NCBI GenBank assembly: GCA_046758445.1
Contig: JBHIAE010000003.1
Location: 32,001-96,000 of the forward strand
Direction: 5' to 3'
DNA from: Candidatus Thorarchaeota archaeon
Lineage (GTDB): Archaea > Asgardarchaeota > Thorarchaeia > Thorarchaeales > Thorarchaeaceae
DNA length: 64,000 nt
Numbering within the stretch: position 1 is the first letter of the stretch; every line of letters begins with the position of its first letter. The notes beneath the pieces were generated by a model that saw nothing but the letters and a program-made list of their open reading frames with translations, did not search any database and had not been told where the DNA came from. Made by a program: the position numbers and the translations under genes. Shown here one piece after another: positions 41,005-49,844 of this stretch.

Positions 41005-42033
41005 TCAGAGACCAAGCAGCTGAAACACCAAAAGAAGAGCAACGGCCCCATACGCAATAACCGCCTGAAGTAACACCAACAGATTCACGTTCTTCTTCTC
41101 TGTCACGTTCTTTGAGAGGTGGGGTAATATCCAGTAGATTGTGTACGGTCCCGCAACCTCCAAAGTACCGTCTTCTCTTGGTCCTGCGAACTTCCTGTAC
41201 TCACCACGGGTGCGGTTGATGCGTACCTTGTAAAAGATGTAGAGCAGAAAGTTCAGCCCGAAGGGCAGATACAGGAGGACTGCAAGTCTGTCCATATTGC
41301 CGAGTATCAATGCAGCAGCTATTGCTGCTCCCATAGGCAACCTCCCGACGTCACCCGGCAGAATCCTTGCTGGATATCTATTGAACAATAGAAACCCGAT
41401 TGATGCACCCATTAGCGCTCCGGCAACAACCCCAGCATCTACCTGGGTCTGGGGAATGGCGACACCTGCTGTGAGCGGCAGCAACACCACATACAGAACT
41501 GCTGCTGAGGAGTTTACTGCCGAGAGGCCGGCCTCTAGACCATTCATCCCTCCATACATGTTGGTAGAGTCAATGATGAACGTCATCATCAGTGGCACAA
41601 TTACAAGCGGGTAGAGAATTCCCAGGTCAACCGTGCCTAAGAAAGGGATTGACATGGTTGTCGTGCCAACTTGCATCACTATCATTGGTATTGATGCTAT
41701 CATCGGGAGGGCTATCTTGGTTCGATTCCTGAAATCTAGGCTATCGTCTAGGAGTCCTATTATCGCTGCCATTAGAATAGAAACCATTGCCGCCAAGAGT
41801 CCGGGGTTCACAATGTCTTGGGCCTGGAACGTTGTTAGCCCAATCACAATCAGAAGAGAGGTGACAATTGCGAAGAGAACCACGATGCCTCCGCCCTTTG
41901 CAACCTCTGGCCTATCCTTCTTGTGGACATCAATGCCTACAAACCCCTTCTGTTTCAGGGTTTCTATCATAGATGGAAGTACTAGCACCACGATTAGAAA
42001 CGCAAGTACTATGGCAATCAGAATAGCTAGCAA
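41005..42033 (-). CDS. aglH: UDP-GlcNAc:dolichyl-phosphate GlcNAc-1-phosphotransferase (AglH/DPAGT1, MraY family)
   Basis: GIDVHK, GLLDD, NMYGGMNGLEAG, NRYPARILPGD. Confidence 0.85.
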   Translation of the reverse strand: MLAILIAIVLAFLIVVLVLPSMIETLKQKGFVGIDVHKKDRPEVAKGGGIVVLFAIVTSLLIVIGLTTFQAQDIVNPGLLAAMVSILMAAIIGLLDDSLDFRNRTKIALPMIASIPMIVMQVGTTTMSIPFLGTVDLGILYPLVIVPLMMTFIIDSTNMYGGMNGLEAGLSAVNSSAAVLYVVLLPLTAGVAIPQTQVDAGVVAGALMGASIGFLLFNRYPARILPGDVGRLPMGAAIAAALILGNMDRLAVLLYLPFGLNFLLYIFYKVRINRTRGEYRKFAGPREDGTLEVAGPYTIYWILPHLSKNVTEKKNVNLLVLLQAVIAYGAVALLLVFQLLGL

Positions 42034-42218
42034 TCGTTTCTATTCTCCTATTGAGCGTTTCACAATCACCCTGTTTAACACTTTTTGGATGTATGCCGCT
42101 TCGTGCATGCTTTCAACCTACGAAACCTATTTAACGAATCCAGAGGTTCGACCGCATCGTTCGCGGTCAGACTAGAGCATATCTTATCGCGAACCCCAGC
42201 GATTCACGGTGATTCGTA

Positions 42219-45215
42219 TTGAGCCTGCTGCATAGACGAATAGCGACATTCGCAATACTGGCGTTGTTTCTCGTAGGCAGTGCTATGACAGCGGTTCCAT
42301 TGGCAGCACACTGGGACTCTGAAGTGGCATACGACATAACGCAGCAGTCGACCATGGCAGATTCCACAAGCAATCTCACAGTTCCATATGTGGATAAGCA
42401 CTACGGGGCCGCTGATGGCATAATCGATCCATTTGAATATGCAATAAACTTCACGGATCCCGTGACTGGCATTACGGCCTATCTTGAACATAATGGCACC
42501 ACACTCTTCCTAGGACTATCCGCCCCTACTTCGGGTTGGATTGCAGTCGGATGGCAGAACTACACCGATAGGTTCACTGTGGCCGGGCTGAATCAGAGTG
42601 ATCTTCTATTCGGTTATGCTCCAGGTACACCGCATGAGGATTACTGGAGGGCCAGAGATGACGACGCTGGAACAGTCCACTATGTATTGACAAGCCGCAA
42701 TGGCAGTCTATTACAAGAGGGCGACTTTCCTACAGACGATATGGATGATCCATTCTCTGTAATGCCTGCACTTGCCATGTACAGAAACATGGTTCTCGCG
42801 GGCGGTGGCATGCGACTAGGTGAAGTGCGCCATTTCATCATCCCCGCCGAAGAGGCCTATGCCTTTGACCCCACACATCAACTCTATGGTCTGGATCTAG
42901 AGTACACAACTACACTAACCAGGCTAAAGAGAGGCGCATCAGTCCTAAGAAGCAATACGAGCAATCCTGCCAGATCAAGCCAGGTGGTGTTCAGCGACCA
43001 GAGAGGTGTCGGCACACTTCAACATCTCCCGGATGGTGATCAGAGTCGAATACTGTCTGCGAATGCCACTGATGACGGGGAAACGACTCAGCTTGAGTAT
43101 GTACTCCAAATGATCAGTGGAGATCCCGAGGATATATCGATTCTAAATGGTACCGACCAAGTGTATCCATTCGTATTCTTGTACAGCAACACAGAAGACT
43201 TCGGCGAGTTGCCTGTGCAGTATACTTACTGGTCTGGTCCCATAATGATGCAGTTCGAACCCAATGCTGCACCAACATTGTTGGTCGAGAGTCCAACCTC
43301 AGTAGACCCACTAGTCTGGGTGGACGAGTTCAAGGTAAATGTCACAGACAACACCTTTGTTAGAAGAGTGGACTACAGAGTTGACAATGAGAACTGGACG
43401 GAGATGGAGTTCGATTTCATATCCGGCCTTTGGGAATACCGTGTAGATCTTTCAGGCTACGCCGAGGGTCCGCACACTGTTTGGTTTAGCGGAACGGATC
43501 CGTCAAATTCGAGCAGAGTGATTTATGTCAATGTAACAATCACACGTCCATACACTCCATATCTTGGTATGAAGCTTGATGTGGAAAGAGCCTATAGGAC
43601 CGAAGGGTATCACACTGCACAGGTGAATGATCGATATACAATCACCAATAATGGTTCAGCGGCCATTGGAGCACTGGAAGTATTCCTTCCACTGGAATAC
43701 GTGTACAATGTCCTCTCCCTTACGGCAGTGGACTCTCAGGGTAATGAGATTAAGGTCACCAGACTTCAGGACCAAGGAGGCATGATGCATTGGCGACTGC
43801 ATCTCTATGAACCTGTAGACTATGGACAGACCTATGATTTCACCGCCACCATGCGAATGCACGGTCTCGATGTCATGACGGACTCAGACACCAAAGAATT
43901 CGACTTGAAGTTCTTGAAGTACCCGGTTCTTCCCTATCCGATAACCAGTGCCTCCTTTCGCCTGATCCTCAGAACAGGTGACTCTCTCGCACCAAATTAC
44001 GAAAGTCCTGATACAACAATGGACAATCTGGCTCCGTTTGCCATAGAGGAGTTCGCAACCGCTTTTCGGTCCTTCTCTCCATTCATTGTAGCAGACCGCA
44101 CTACAACTGTGACCGTTGATCCATGGGGCTGGCTATCATTTAGCGAAACCATCTGGTTGCACAATATTGGGCCATTTGGGACTCCTGAGGACAAGGTTTC
44201 CTTTATCCTGCCTGCGTATTCCACAGGGGTAAGAATCTTTGACCGAGTTGGCATTTTGGCCAAATCGCAGTTCTCTCTTTCCGGGGAGTGGAATGTTTCA
44301 AGAGTTGTTGAGATCGATCTGCTGGGTGACCGGTTCGGTGAACAGCTACGGGAAGGATACTCTTACGAGTTCAACATCGACTACTTGGTTCCAATCAGTG
44401 AATATGAGCAGCTTGCAGAAGGCGCCAATCTCTTGAAGCTACCCATGGGCAGCGTTCAGGAAATTGTTGCACTATCACACACAGTCGACCTAGTCCTGCC
44501 CTATTCTGTGGATACATTTGAGGCCTATGGCAGCTACAGGCTTCTATATGGTGTGTTTGATACGACCCTCCGATACCAGTTCGCCAACACTTCCGAGTAC
44601 AATCCGGCGGAAATCCAGATTCTCTATCGGCCATCACCAATCGTCTTTGTGCGACCTCTAGCCTTTGCTCTCATAGTGGGTCTCATTGCCCTCGCATACA
44701 TCGCCTACAAAGGAGTCGATACTGGCCTCAGGCCAGAGGACCTGGAAGATGGTGAGATGCCGACAGCTGACAAGCGGCAGGTTGGTGCACCACCCAATCT
44801 GCTCAAGGACTTTGCTAATCTCTACTCTAAGAAGACTGCCCTTAGCATGGATCTGGAAAAGCTCGAGGCCGCAAGAAGAAGAGGTAAGGTCAAGAAGAGA
44901 GAGTTCATGATACGTGAGCGTGACATAAAGTCGCAGCTTGAACAGATTGACTCTGAGCTGCCCTCACTCAAGAATGATCTTGGCGGGTACGGTACAAGGT
45001 ATAGGGACATGATCTCCCAGATCGAGCTTCAGAATGAAAGGATTGAGGGTGCCAAGGCGGGTCTTCGTCAGTTGCTCTTACGAAAGAAGAAGCAGAGAAT
45101 CAGTCGTGTGGCTTTTGAGAGGTCTCGTCAGGACTACCTGAAGACTATCCAGAAGGCCACGACAGCTATCGATCGAATCCTGCTCTCAATTCAGGAGGAA
45201 GCCGGTGAGATCTAG
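42219..45215 (+). CDS. ribophorin I-like type I membrane protein with DOMON-like, FKBP-like and Ig-like N-terminal domains
   Basis: Signal peptide; GWIAVGW..SDLLFG; TVHYVL..GMRLGEVRHFIIPAEEAY; Ig-like VDYRVD..GPHTVWF; RTTTVTVDPWGWLSFSETI; one TM; basic coiled-coil tail. Confidence 0.72.
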   Translation: MSLLHRRIATFAILALFLVGSAMTAVPLAAHWDSEVAYDITQQSTMADSTSNLTVPYVDKHYGAADGIIDPFEYAINFTDPVTGITAYLEHNGTTLFLGLSAPTSGWIAVGWQNYTDRFTVAGLNQSDLLFGYAPGTPHEDYWRARDDDAGTVHYVLTSRNGSLLQEGDFPTDDMDDPFSVMPALAMYRNMVLAGGGMRLGEVRHFIIPAEEAYAFDPTHQLYGLDLEYTTTLTRLKRGASVLRSNTSNPARSSQVVFSDQRGVGTLQHLPDGDQSRILSANATDDGETTQLEYVLQMISGDPEDISILNGTDQVYPFVFLYSNTEDFGELPVQYTYWSGPIMMQFEPNAAPTLLVESPTSVDPLVWVDEFKVNVTDNTFVRRVDYRVDNENWTEMEFDFISGLWEYRVDLSGYAEGPHTVWFSGTDPSNSSRVIYVNVTITRPYTPYLGMKLDVERAYRTEGYHTAQVNDRYTITNNGSAAIGALEVFLPLEYVYNVLSLTAVDSQGNEIKVTRLQDQGGMMHWRLHLYEPVDYGQTYDFTATMRMHGLDVMTDSDTKEFDLKFLKYPVLPYPITSASFRLILRTGDSLAPNYESPDTTMDNLAPFAIEEFATAFRSFSPFIVADRTTTVTVDPWGWLSFSETIWLHNIGPFGTPEDKVSFILPAYSTGVRIFDRVGILAKSQFSLSGEWNVSRVVEIDLLGDRFGEQLREGYSYEFNIDYLVPISEYEQLAEGANLLKLPMGSVQEIVALSHTVDLVLPYSVDTFEAYGSYRLLYGVFDTTLRYQFANTSEYNPAEIQILYRPSPIVFVRPLAFALIVGLIALAYIAYKGVDTGLRPEDLEDGEMPTADKRQVGAPPNLLKDFANLYSKKTALSMDLEKLEAARRRGKVKKREFMIRERDIKSQLEQIDSELPSLKNDLGGYGTRYRDMISQIELQNERIEGAKAGLRQLLLRKKKQRISRVAFERSRQDYLKTIQKATTAIDRILLSIQEEAGEI

Positions 45216-45260
45216 GTACTCGATGGCATCTTTAGCAAGTCTTATCAAACACAATCGCAA

Positions 45261-46136
45261 GTGAATTTCCCCCTTGGGGGCGTAGATATGAATAAGTTCC
45301 TGAATCGTGATGAAGTCAGCGCTCGTGATTTGCTCAGCCCCAATACGAAGGCACTGCAGATGTATCAGTATCTTGCAGGGTCTCCGAAGGTGCAGTCTTA
45401 TCTCCGAACAGCGAATAGGATGGCGGTTTCTAGGCTTGGCTATACTGATCATGGGCCGGTACATGCCGAGGTGGCGACTTGGAACGCCCTAAGGATATTC
45501 GACATCTTGGATGAAACATTTCAACCCAACGTAGTTGCTGAAGGCATCGGTGATACAGATGACGCTCGCCTTGTCGTATTAGCCTCCACGTACATCCACG
45601 ACATGGGCATGGTGGTCCATAGGAACGAGCATCCGCAGGCCTCATTGGCATTGGCCATCCCGATATTAGAGCCAAAGCTGACCGAGATCTATGATGACCC
45701 CGCCAAGGCAACTGACATCATGAGCTTCATTCTCCATGGAATCTATGCCCATGATGATGACACGCAGTGTTTAACTTTTGAGGCGGGAATCACAAAGCTT
45801 GGCGACGGATGTGACCTCACCAAGGGTCGAACGATTATTCCATTCCAGAAGGGCAAGGTCGACATACACTCTGTTAGCGCCATGGCTATCCACGAGATAA
45901 TCCTCGAAAAGGGAGAAGACACTCCGCTTAGGATAACGGTTGCAATGGATAACCCAGCAGGAGTCTTCCAAGTTCAGGCAGTTCTGGAGAAGAAGATATC
46001 GACTTCAGGACTAAGAGACCACATCGGCATCGATGTTCTGGTAAATGGCAGTCGTCTTGTGCTGACTCAAGTCAAAAGACTGTTCAGAGTCCATCTTGAA
46101 GACTCGCCTGATGCGATCAGCGTGAAGGAGAAGTAG
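45261..46136 (+). CDS. HD-domain phosphohydrolase
   Basis: RLGYTDHGPVHA, YIHDMG, AHD, GDGCD.TKGR. Confidence 0.88.
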   Translation: MNFPLGGVDMNKFLNRDEVSARDLLSPNTKALQMYQYLAGSPKVQSYLRTANRMAVSRLGYTDHGPVHAEVATWNALRIFDILDETFQPNVVAEGIGDTDDARLVVLASTYIHDMGMVVHRNEHPQASLALAIPILEPKLTEIYDDPAKATDIMSFILHGIYAHDDDTQCLTFEAGITKLGDGCDLTKGRTIIPFQKGKVDIHSVSAMAIHEIILEKGEDTPLRITVAMDNPAGVFQVQAVLEKKISTSGLRDHIGIDVLVNGSRLVLTQVKRLFRVHLEDSPDAISVKEK

Positions 46137-46137
46137 T

Positions 46138-46169
46138 TGGTAGCCCCGCCAGGACTCGAACCTGGGTCG
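46138..46169 (-). repeat. att-like duplicate of the tRNA-Gln 3' 32 nt
   Basis: TGGTAGCCCCGCCAGGACTCGAACCTGGGTCG identical to 47872-47903. Confidence 0.95.
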
Positions 46170-46190
46170 CCGCGAATCTCCTGTAAAGGC

Positions 46191-46832
46191 TTAGGTAAGA
46201 GAACGGAAGTTGACCACTTCAACTCTGTAGTCAGTCTTGATAGTTTCAGCATGACAGATGAAGTGCATGTCTCCCGTCACAAAGGCGACTCTCACTTGCC
46301 CTTCTTCTCGATTCAGAAGGGCCTCGGTGAGCCTATCATAATCCTCAGGTTCCGGCGTCAGGCGTTTTCGCCTTTTTCCACGTTTTTTGATGCAGTTTCG
46401 GGTTTCTGGAGTATTCCAGCGTTTGAAGACCTCAATAATCTCATTTCTTGTTTCCTTCTGTTTTCTCGAATTGATGACAGCACAATTGCTCGCATTCGAG
46501 TACAGGTTCTTCCGATGTGGTCGGTTCAGCAATTTGCTTCTAGCTATGCCAGAGCCTTTCTTCAATCGTGATGCCTCATCAACTACATTCCTGAACGCAT
46601 TATCTGCAATAGTTCGAGCACCATGAGGCGCGCAGATATCCCATCCGTCTTTCTCTTTCCTGAGCAGGTACCTTCTAAGAGATTGACCTTCCTTATGTCT
46701 CTCATCCATACGTACCCATTGATACAAGCTTCTACCAGGAAGACTTCTTCTCTCTGAGAGGTAGTGATTCCTAGCTGACGCTCTGAGTGCAACTATGGCG
46801 TCTGCATCAAGAACGATTCTCCTTTTGGCCAC
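46191..46832 (-). CDS. PIN-domain-like putative toxin
   Basis: N-terminal IVLDADAIV, PEPED, C-terminal FVTGDMHF acidic motifs; very basic. Confidence 0.6.
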   Translation of the reverse strand: MAKRRIVLDADAIVALRASARNHYLSERRSLPGRSLYQWVRMDERHKEGQSLRRYLLRKEKDGWDICAPHGARTIADNAFRNVVDEASRLKKGSGIARSKLLNRPHRKNLYSNASNCAVINSRKQKETRNEIIEVFKRWNTPETRNCIKKRGKRRKRLTPEPEDYDRLTEALLNREEGQVRVAFVTGDMHFICHAETIKTDYRVEVVNFRSLT

Positions 46833-46841
46833 CTACCACAC

Positions 46842-47759
46842 CTAGAGAAGCTTCTGCAGCTTTTTCTTCATTCTTCTCCTTAATGCTTTCCGTTCTCTAT
46901 TGGTTGTGTGGTCTGATATTACGACATCATCTAATCTGACCAGAACCCCTCTTGACTCGTTGAAGGACTCGAAATACGTCATAATGTCACGAATCTCCTC
47001 AAGAGCAGCTTGTACACCTGAAGGTCTTTCCTCTTCACTTCCGCACCCATACATCTCCACTTGATGCAGGAGATCTTTTGAGGCACCGATGAGGTCAAAA
47101 GCCGCGCCACAAACGATATGGGCATCAAGAGGTTCCAAGTCCTGTAGCGAATCAAGAGCGAAAGCTATCTGATCATATATTGCCAGAATGAACACTGAAA
47201 GTGGATAGTGTTCCTCTTCAAGTGCACCCCAGAATGAAGAATAACGTTTCAGACTCTTCTCTAGGGTGCTTGACTTTTCATTGAGGATTTCCATTTCATA
47301 GAATTCAGGTGGTGTATAGTTACCATAGACATGATCTAGAATCCCACTAATTGGCATTTCCAAGAACTTCTCAAGAGCTTTGGTAAGTCTCTCTCGGAGT
47401 TTGCTCAGAGAATGCTTATCTTCCAATTCCTTCACACGATTGCGTCCAAGGGCTGTCATTGTGTAGTCACGACGAGGACTCAGTCCATCAATCTCGGTCT
47501 TGGATTCCTTGACATATCCTTGAATCTTCAAGTGGTCGAGAGTTTCCTGCAAAGTAGAAGAATATGGTCCATAGTGACATCGTTCAAATCTGAAGTGCTC
47601 TCCTAGGTGTCCCTCTACTTCCCCCAAAAAGACAAGTTTCTGAAGCCGTTTTCTACCCTCTACTTTGAAGTTTGGGCTGGAATCCATGATTGCTAGAGGT
47701 AGCCAATGTGCAAGACTCTCTGAAACCTTTGAATCAGTACTGGCCATATTGTTCTCCAC
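46842..47759 (-). CDS. Panacea/SocA (DUF4065/YwgA-like) antitoxin domain plus C-terminal helical domain
   Basis: GRKRLQKLVFL, FERCHYGPYS, YTMTALG, ILDHVY. Confidence 0.72.
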   Translation of the reverse strand: MENNMASTDSKVSESLAHWLPLAIMDSSPNFKVEGRKRLQKLVFLGEVEGHLGEHFRFERCHYGPYSSTLQETLDHLKIQGYVKESKTEIDGLSPRRDYTMTALGRNRVKELEDKHSLSKLRERLTKALEKFLEMPISGILDHVYGNYTPPEFYEMEILNEKSSTLEKSLKRYSSFWGALEEEHYPLSVFILAIYDQIAFALDSLQDLEPLDAHIVCGAAFDLIGASKDLLHQVEMYGCGSEEERPSGVQAALEEIRDIMTYFESFNESRGVLVRLDDVVISDHTTNRERKALRRRMKKKLQKLL

Positions 47760-47871
47760 TCTAGAGCTCCACTTCGCCTCTTCGTCTGCATACTCTCTAA
47801 TAAGCCTCTATTTCATATATGTTTCCGTTGCAGCCTTCTGAACCTGATAAGGATGAGAAAACAGGAAAATC

Positions 47872-47947
47872 TGGTAGCCCCGCCAGGACTCGAACCTGGG
47901 TCGACGGGGCCAAAACCCGCCATGATTGACCGCTACACCACGGGGCT
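47872..47947 (-). tRNA. tRNA-Gln (UUG), CCA encoded
   Basis: AGCCCCG acceptor stem, GCGGG-TTTTGGC-CCCGT anticodon arm, CCAGG-TTCGAGT-CCTGG T arm. Confidence 0.96.
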
Positions 47948-47977
47948 ATGTTTGTCAAACCAAGGAGGCAAGCGTTT

Positions 47978-48298
47978 TCAGCTTTCCGACGTCAGACCGA
48001 AGGGAACTCCCTTTTCAAGGATTTCGGAGGGTATACGGTCACGCCACCTCTTCAGGAAATCGTCCTCAGCCTTTCTCTGTCTTCCCGTCATTCTAAGATC
48101 ATCGGGAAGCATGCAAGGTATTCCACTAATCACAGGATACCAGCGATTGCACCTCTGACAAGTTATGAGCGCCTCATCAATCTCCTCGAAGTCCTTTCCC
48201 TCTGCTTGTCCGGTGTGGCTCTCATAAACATCGAGATGGAGCTCACTCCTGCAGTCTTTCATCGGGCAGACAAGTATGTCCATCAACCAGGGCTTCAA
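47978..48298 (-). CDS. trm112: Trm112 family methyltransferase activator
   Basis: MKPWLMDILVCP (TTG start), CQRCNRWYPVISGIPCMLPD. Confidence 0.9.
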   Translation of the reverse strand: MKPWLMDILVCPMKDCRSELHLDVYESHTGQAEGKDFEEIDEALITCQRCNRWYPVISGIPCMLPDDLRMTGRQRKAEDDFLKRWRDRIPSEILEKGVPFGLTSES

Positions 48299-48431
48299 GC
48301 ATGCACAACTCCTGTGTACAGGGTACTCAGGTGGACACCAATAAAAAGCATTCGAGATGTCTACTGCGGTTCTAAGTCGAGGGAAAGCCTCTTTTGGCAT
48401 TTGGTTGGACCTCTAGCAGCGCAACGGACAG

Positions 48432-49844
48432 GTGATATTTCCAATGGACAACTCTCATCCTTGGCTTCCAATGACAGAAGACTTTGAACAAGAAATGCTT
48501 GAATCGATCGGAAAGAAAGACCTGGAGGAGCTGTTCTCTAACATTCCCAAGAAGTTCAGGCTGAAAGATGATCTGGACCTTCCAGAGTCACATACCGAGC
48601 GTGAAGTTATCAAGAGAGTCCAGGATCTTGCCGGGAGGAACAAGTCTGCAGATGATGGAAGGATGTTTCTCGGCGCTGGAGCAGGCATGCACTTCATTCC
48701 TTCAGTGGTACCTGCTTTGGCCGGGCGCTCGGAGTTTGTCACATCCTATACCAGCTACCAACCTGAGATTAGTCAGGGAATGCTCCAGACGTTGTTTGAG
48801 TATCAGAGCCTAATGGCAGAGCTGCTTGAAGTAGATGTGGTTAACAGCAGTATGTATGACCATGCCAGCGCTCTTGCTGAAGCTATTCTGATGAGTGCCC
48901 GGGTCAAGAAGCGCACGAGGTTTCTGGTTCCAAGTACAATGAACCCCTCTCACTGGCAAGTCATAAACACATACACCCAGCCCCTCGGCATTGAGCTAGA
49001 GCAAGTTGAATATGGCCGAGAAACTGGTCTGATGTCCATTTCCGACCTTGAAACACGCCTGAATGACCATGTTGCAGGAGTGTACCTTGAGAATCCAAGC
49101 TTTCTTGGTTTCATAGAGTCTCAGATAGACACGATTGACAAGTTAGTGCATGAAAGTGGTGCTTTGCTAGTAGCAGGAGTTGACATTCTGTCTCTTGGCA
49201 TAATGCGGCCTCCTGGTAACTATGGTGCAGACATAGTCGTAGGTGAGGGCCAGTTCCTAGGTACGCCGATGTCATTTGGAGGTCCTCTCTTGGGCGTCTT
49301 CGGTTGCATTGGGGAGATGAAGATCATCCGACAACTGCCAGGCCGTCTTGTAGGCATGACGAGGACAACGGATGAGCCACACGAACGCGGTTTTGTATTG
49401 ACCCTGAGTCCACGCGAGCAACACATTCGGAGGGAGAAGGCAACTAGCAACATCTGTTCCAACCAAGCGTTGGTCGCAGTTACTGCTGCAGTATATACGT
49501 CGGTCTTAGGACCAAAGGGTATTGAGAGTCTGGGCGAAACTCTTGCCTACAACTCCCACTATGCGGCCCAGAGCTTGGATGCAATTCCGAACGTGCATGC
49601 TCCTGCCCTCAGCTCGTCTTTCTGGAAGGAATTTGTCGTCAAGTTCGAGGGTGGCATATCTGCTCAGAGAGTCCATGAGGGCCTTCTCAAGCGCGATCTC
49701 CATGGAGGGAAGATTCTGACTCACGATTTTCCAGAACTGGGAGAATCAATGCTTCTCTGCGTGACTGAGCTTCATTCCAAGGAAGTCATAGACGAGCTCG
49801 TAACTGCTGTTGAGGAGATCGTAGCAGAAGGAGGTGACGCCTGA
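48432..49844 (+). CDS. gcvPA: glycine dehydrogenase (decarboxylating) subunit 1
   Basis: SYTSYQPEISQGMLQ, NSSMYD, REQHIRREKATSNICSNQAL. Confidence 0.96.
   Translation: MIFPMDNSHPWLPMTEDFEQEMLESIGKKDLEELFSNIPKKFRLKDDLDLPESHTEREVIKRVQDLAGRNKSADDGRMFLGAGAGMHFIPSVVPALAGRSEFVTSYTSYQPEISQGMLQTLFEYQSLMAELLEVDVVNSSMYDHASALAEAILMSARVKKRTRFLVPSTMNPSHWQVINTYTQPLGIELEQVEYGRETGLMSISDLETRLNDHVAGVYLENPSFLGFIESQIDTIDKLVHESGALLVAGVDILSLGIMRPPGNYGADIVVGEGQFLGTPMSFGGPLLGVFGCIGEMKIIRQLPGRLVGMTRTTDEPHERGFVLTLSPREQHIRREKATSNICSNQALVAVTAAVYTSVLGPKGIESLGETLAYNSHYAAQSLDAIPNVHAPALSSSFWKEFVVKFEGGISAQRVHEGLLKRDLHGGKILTHDFPELGESMLLCVTELHSKEVIDELVTAVEEIVAEGGDA

Larger units (their letters stand above)
46138..47903. mobile_element. 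small tRNA-Gln-integrated genomic islet (no integrase) carrying a putative toxin-antitoxin pair
   Basis: 32-bp direct repeats; two cargo genes; two sampled 60-nt lines inside are 35% GC versus 58% in a sampled line of the neighbouring HD gene. Confidence 0.8.

Noticed and set aside
42380-43260. Heme-binding (cytochrome-type) DOMON domain
   Set aside because: The Met expected before the conserved Asp (GLNQSD here) and the C-terminal His ligand are not evident
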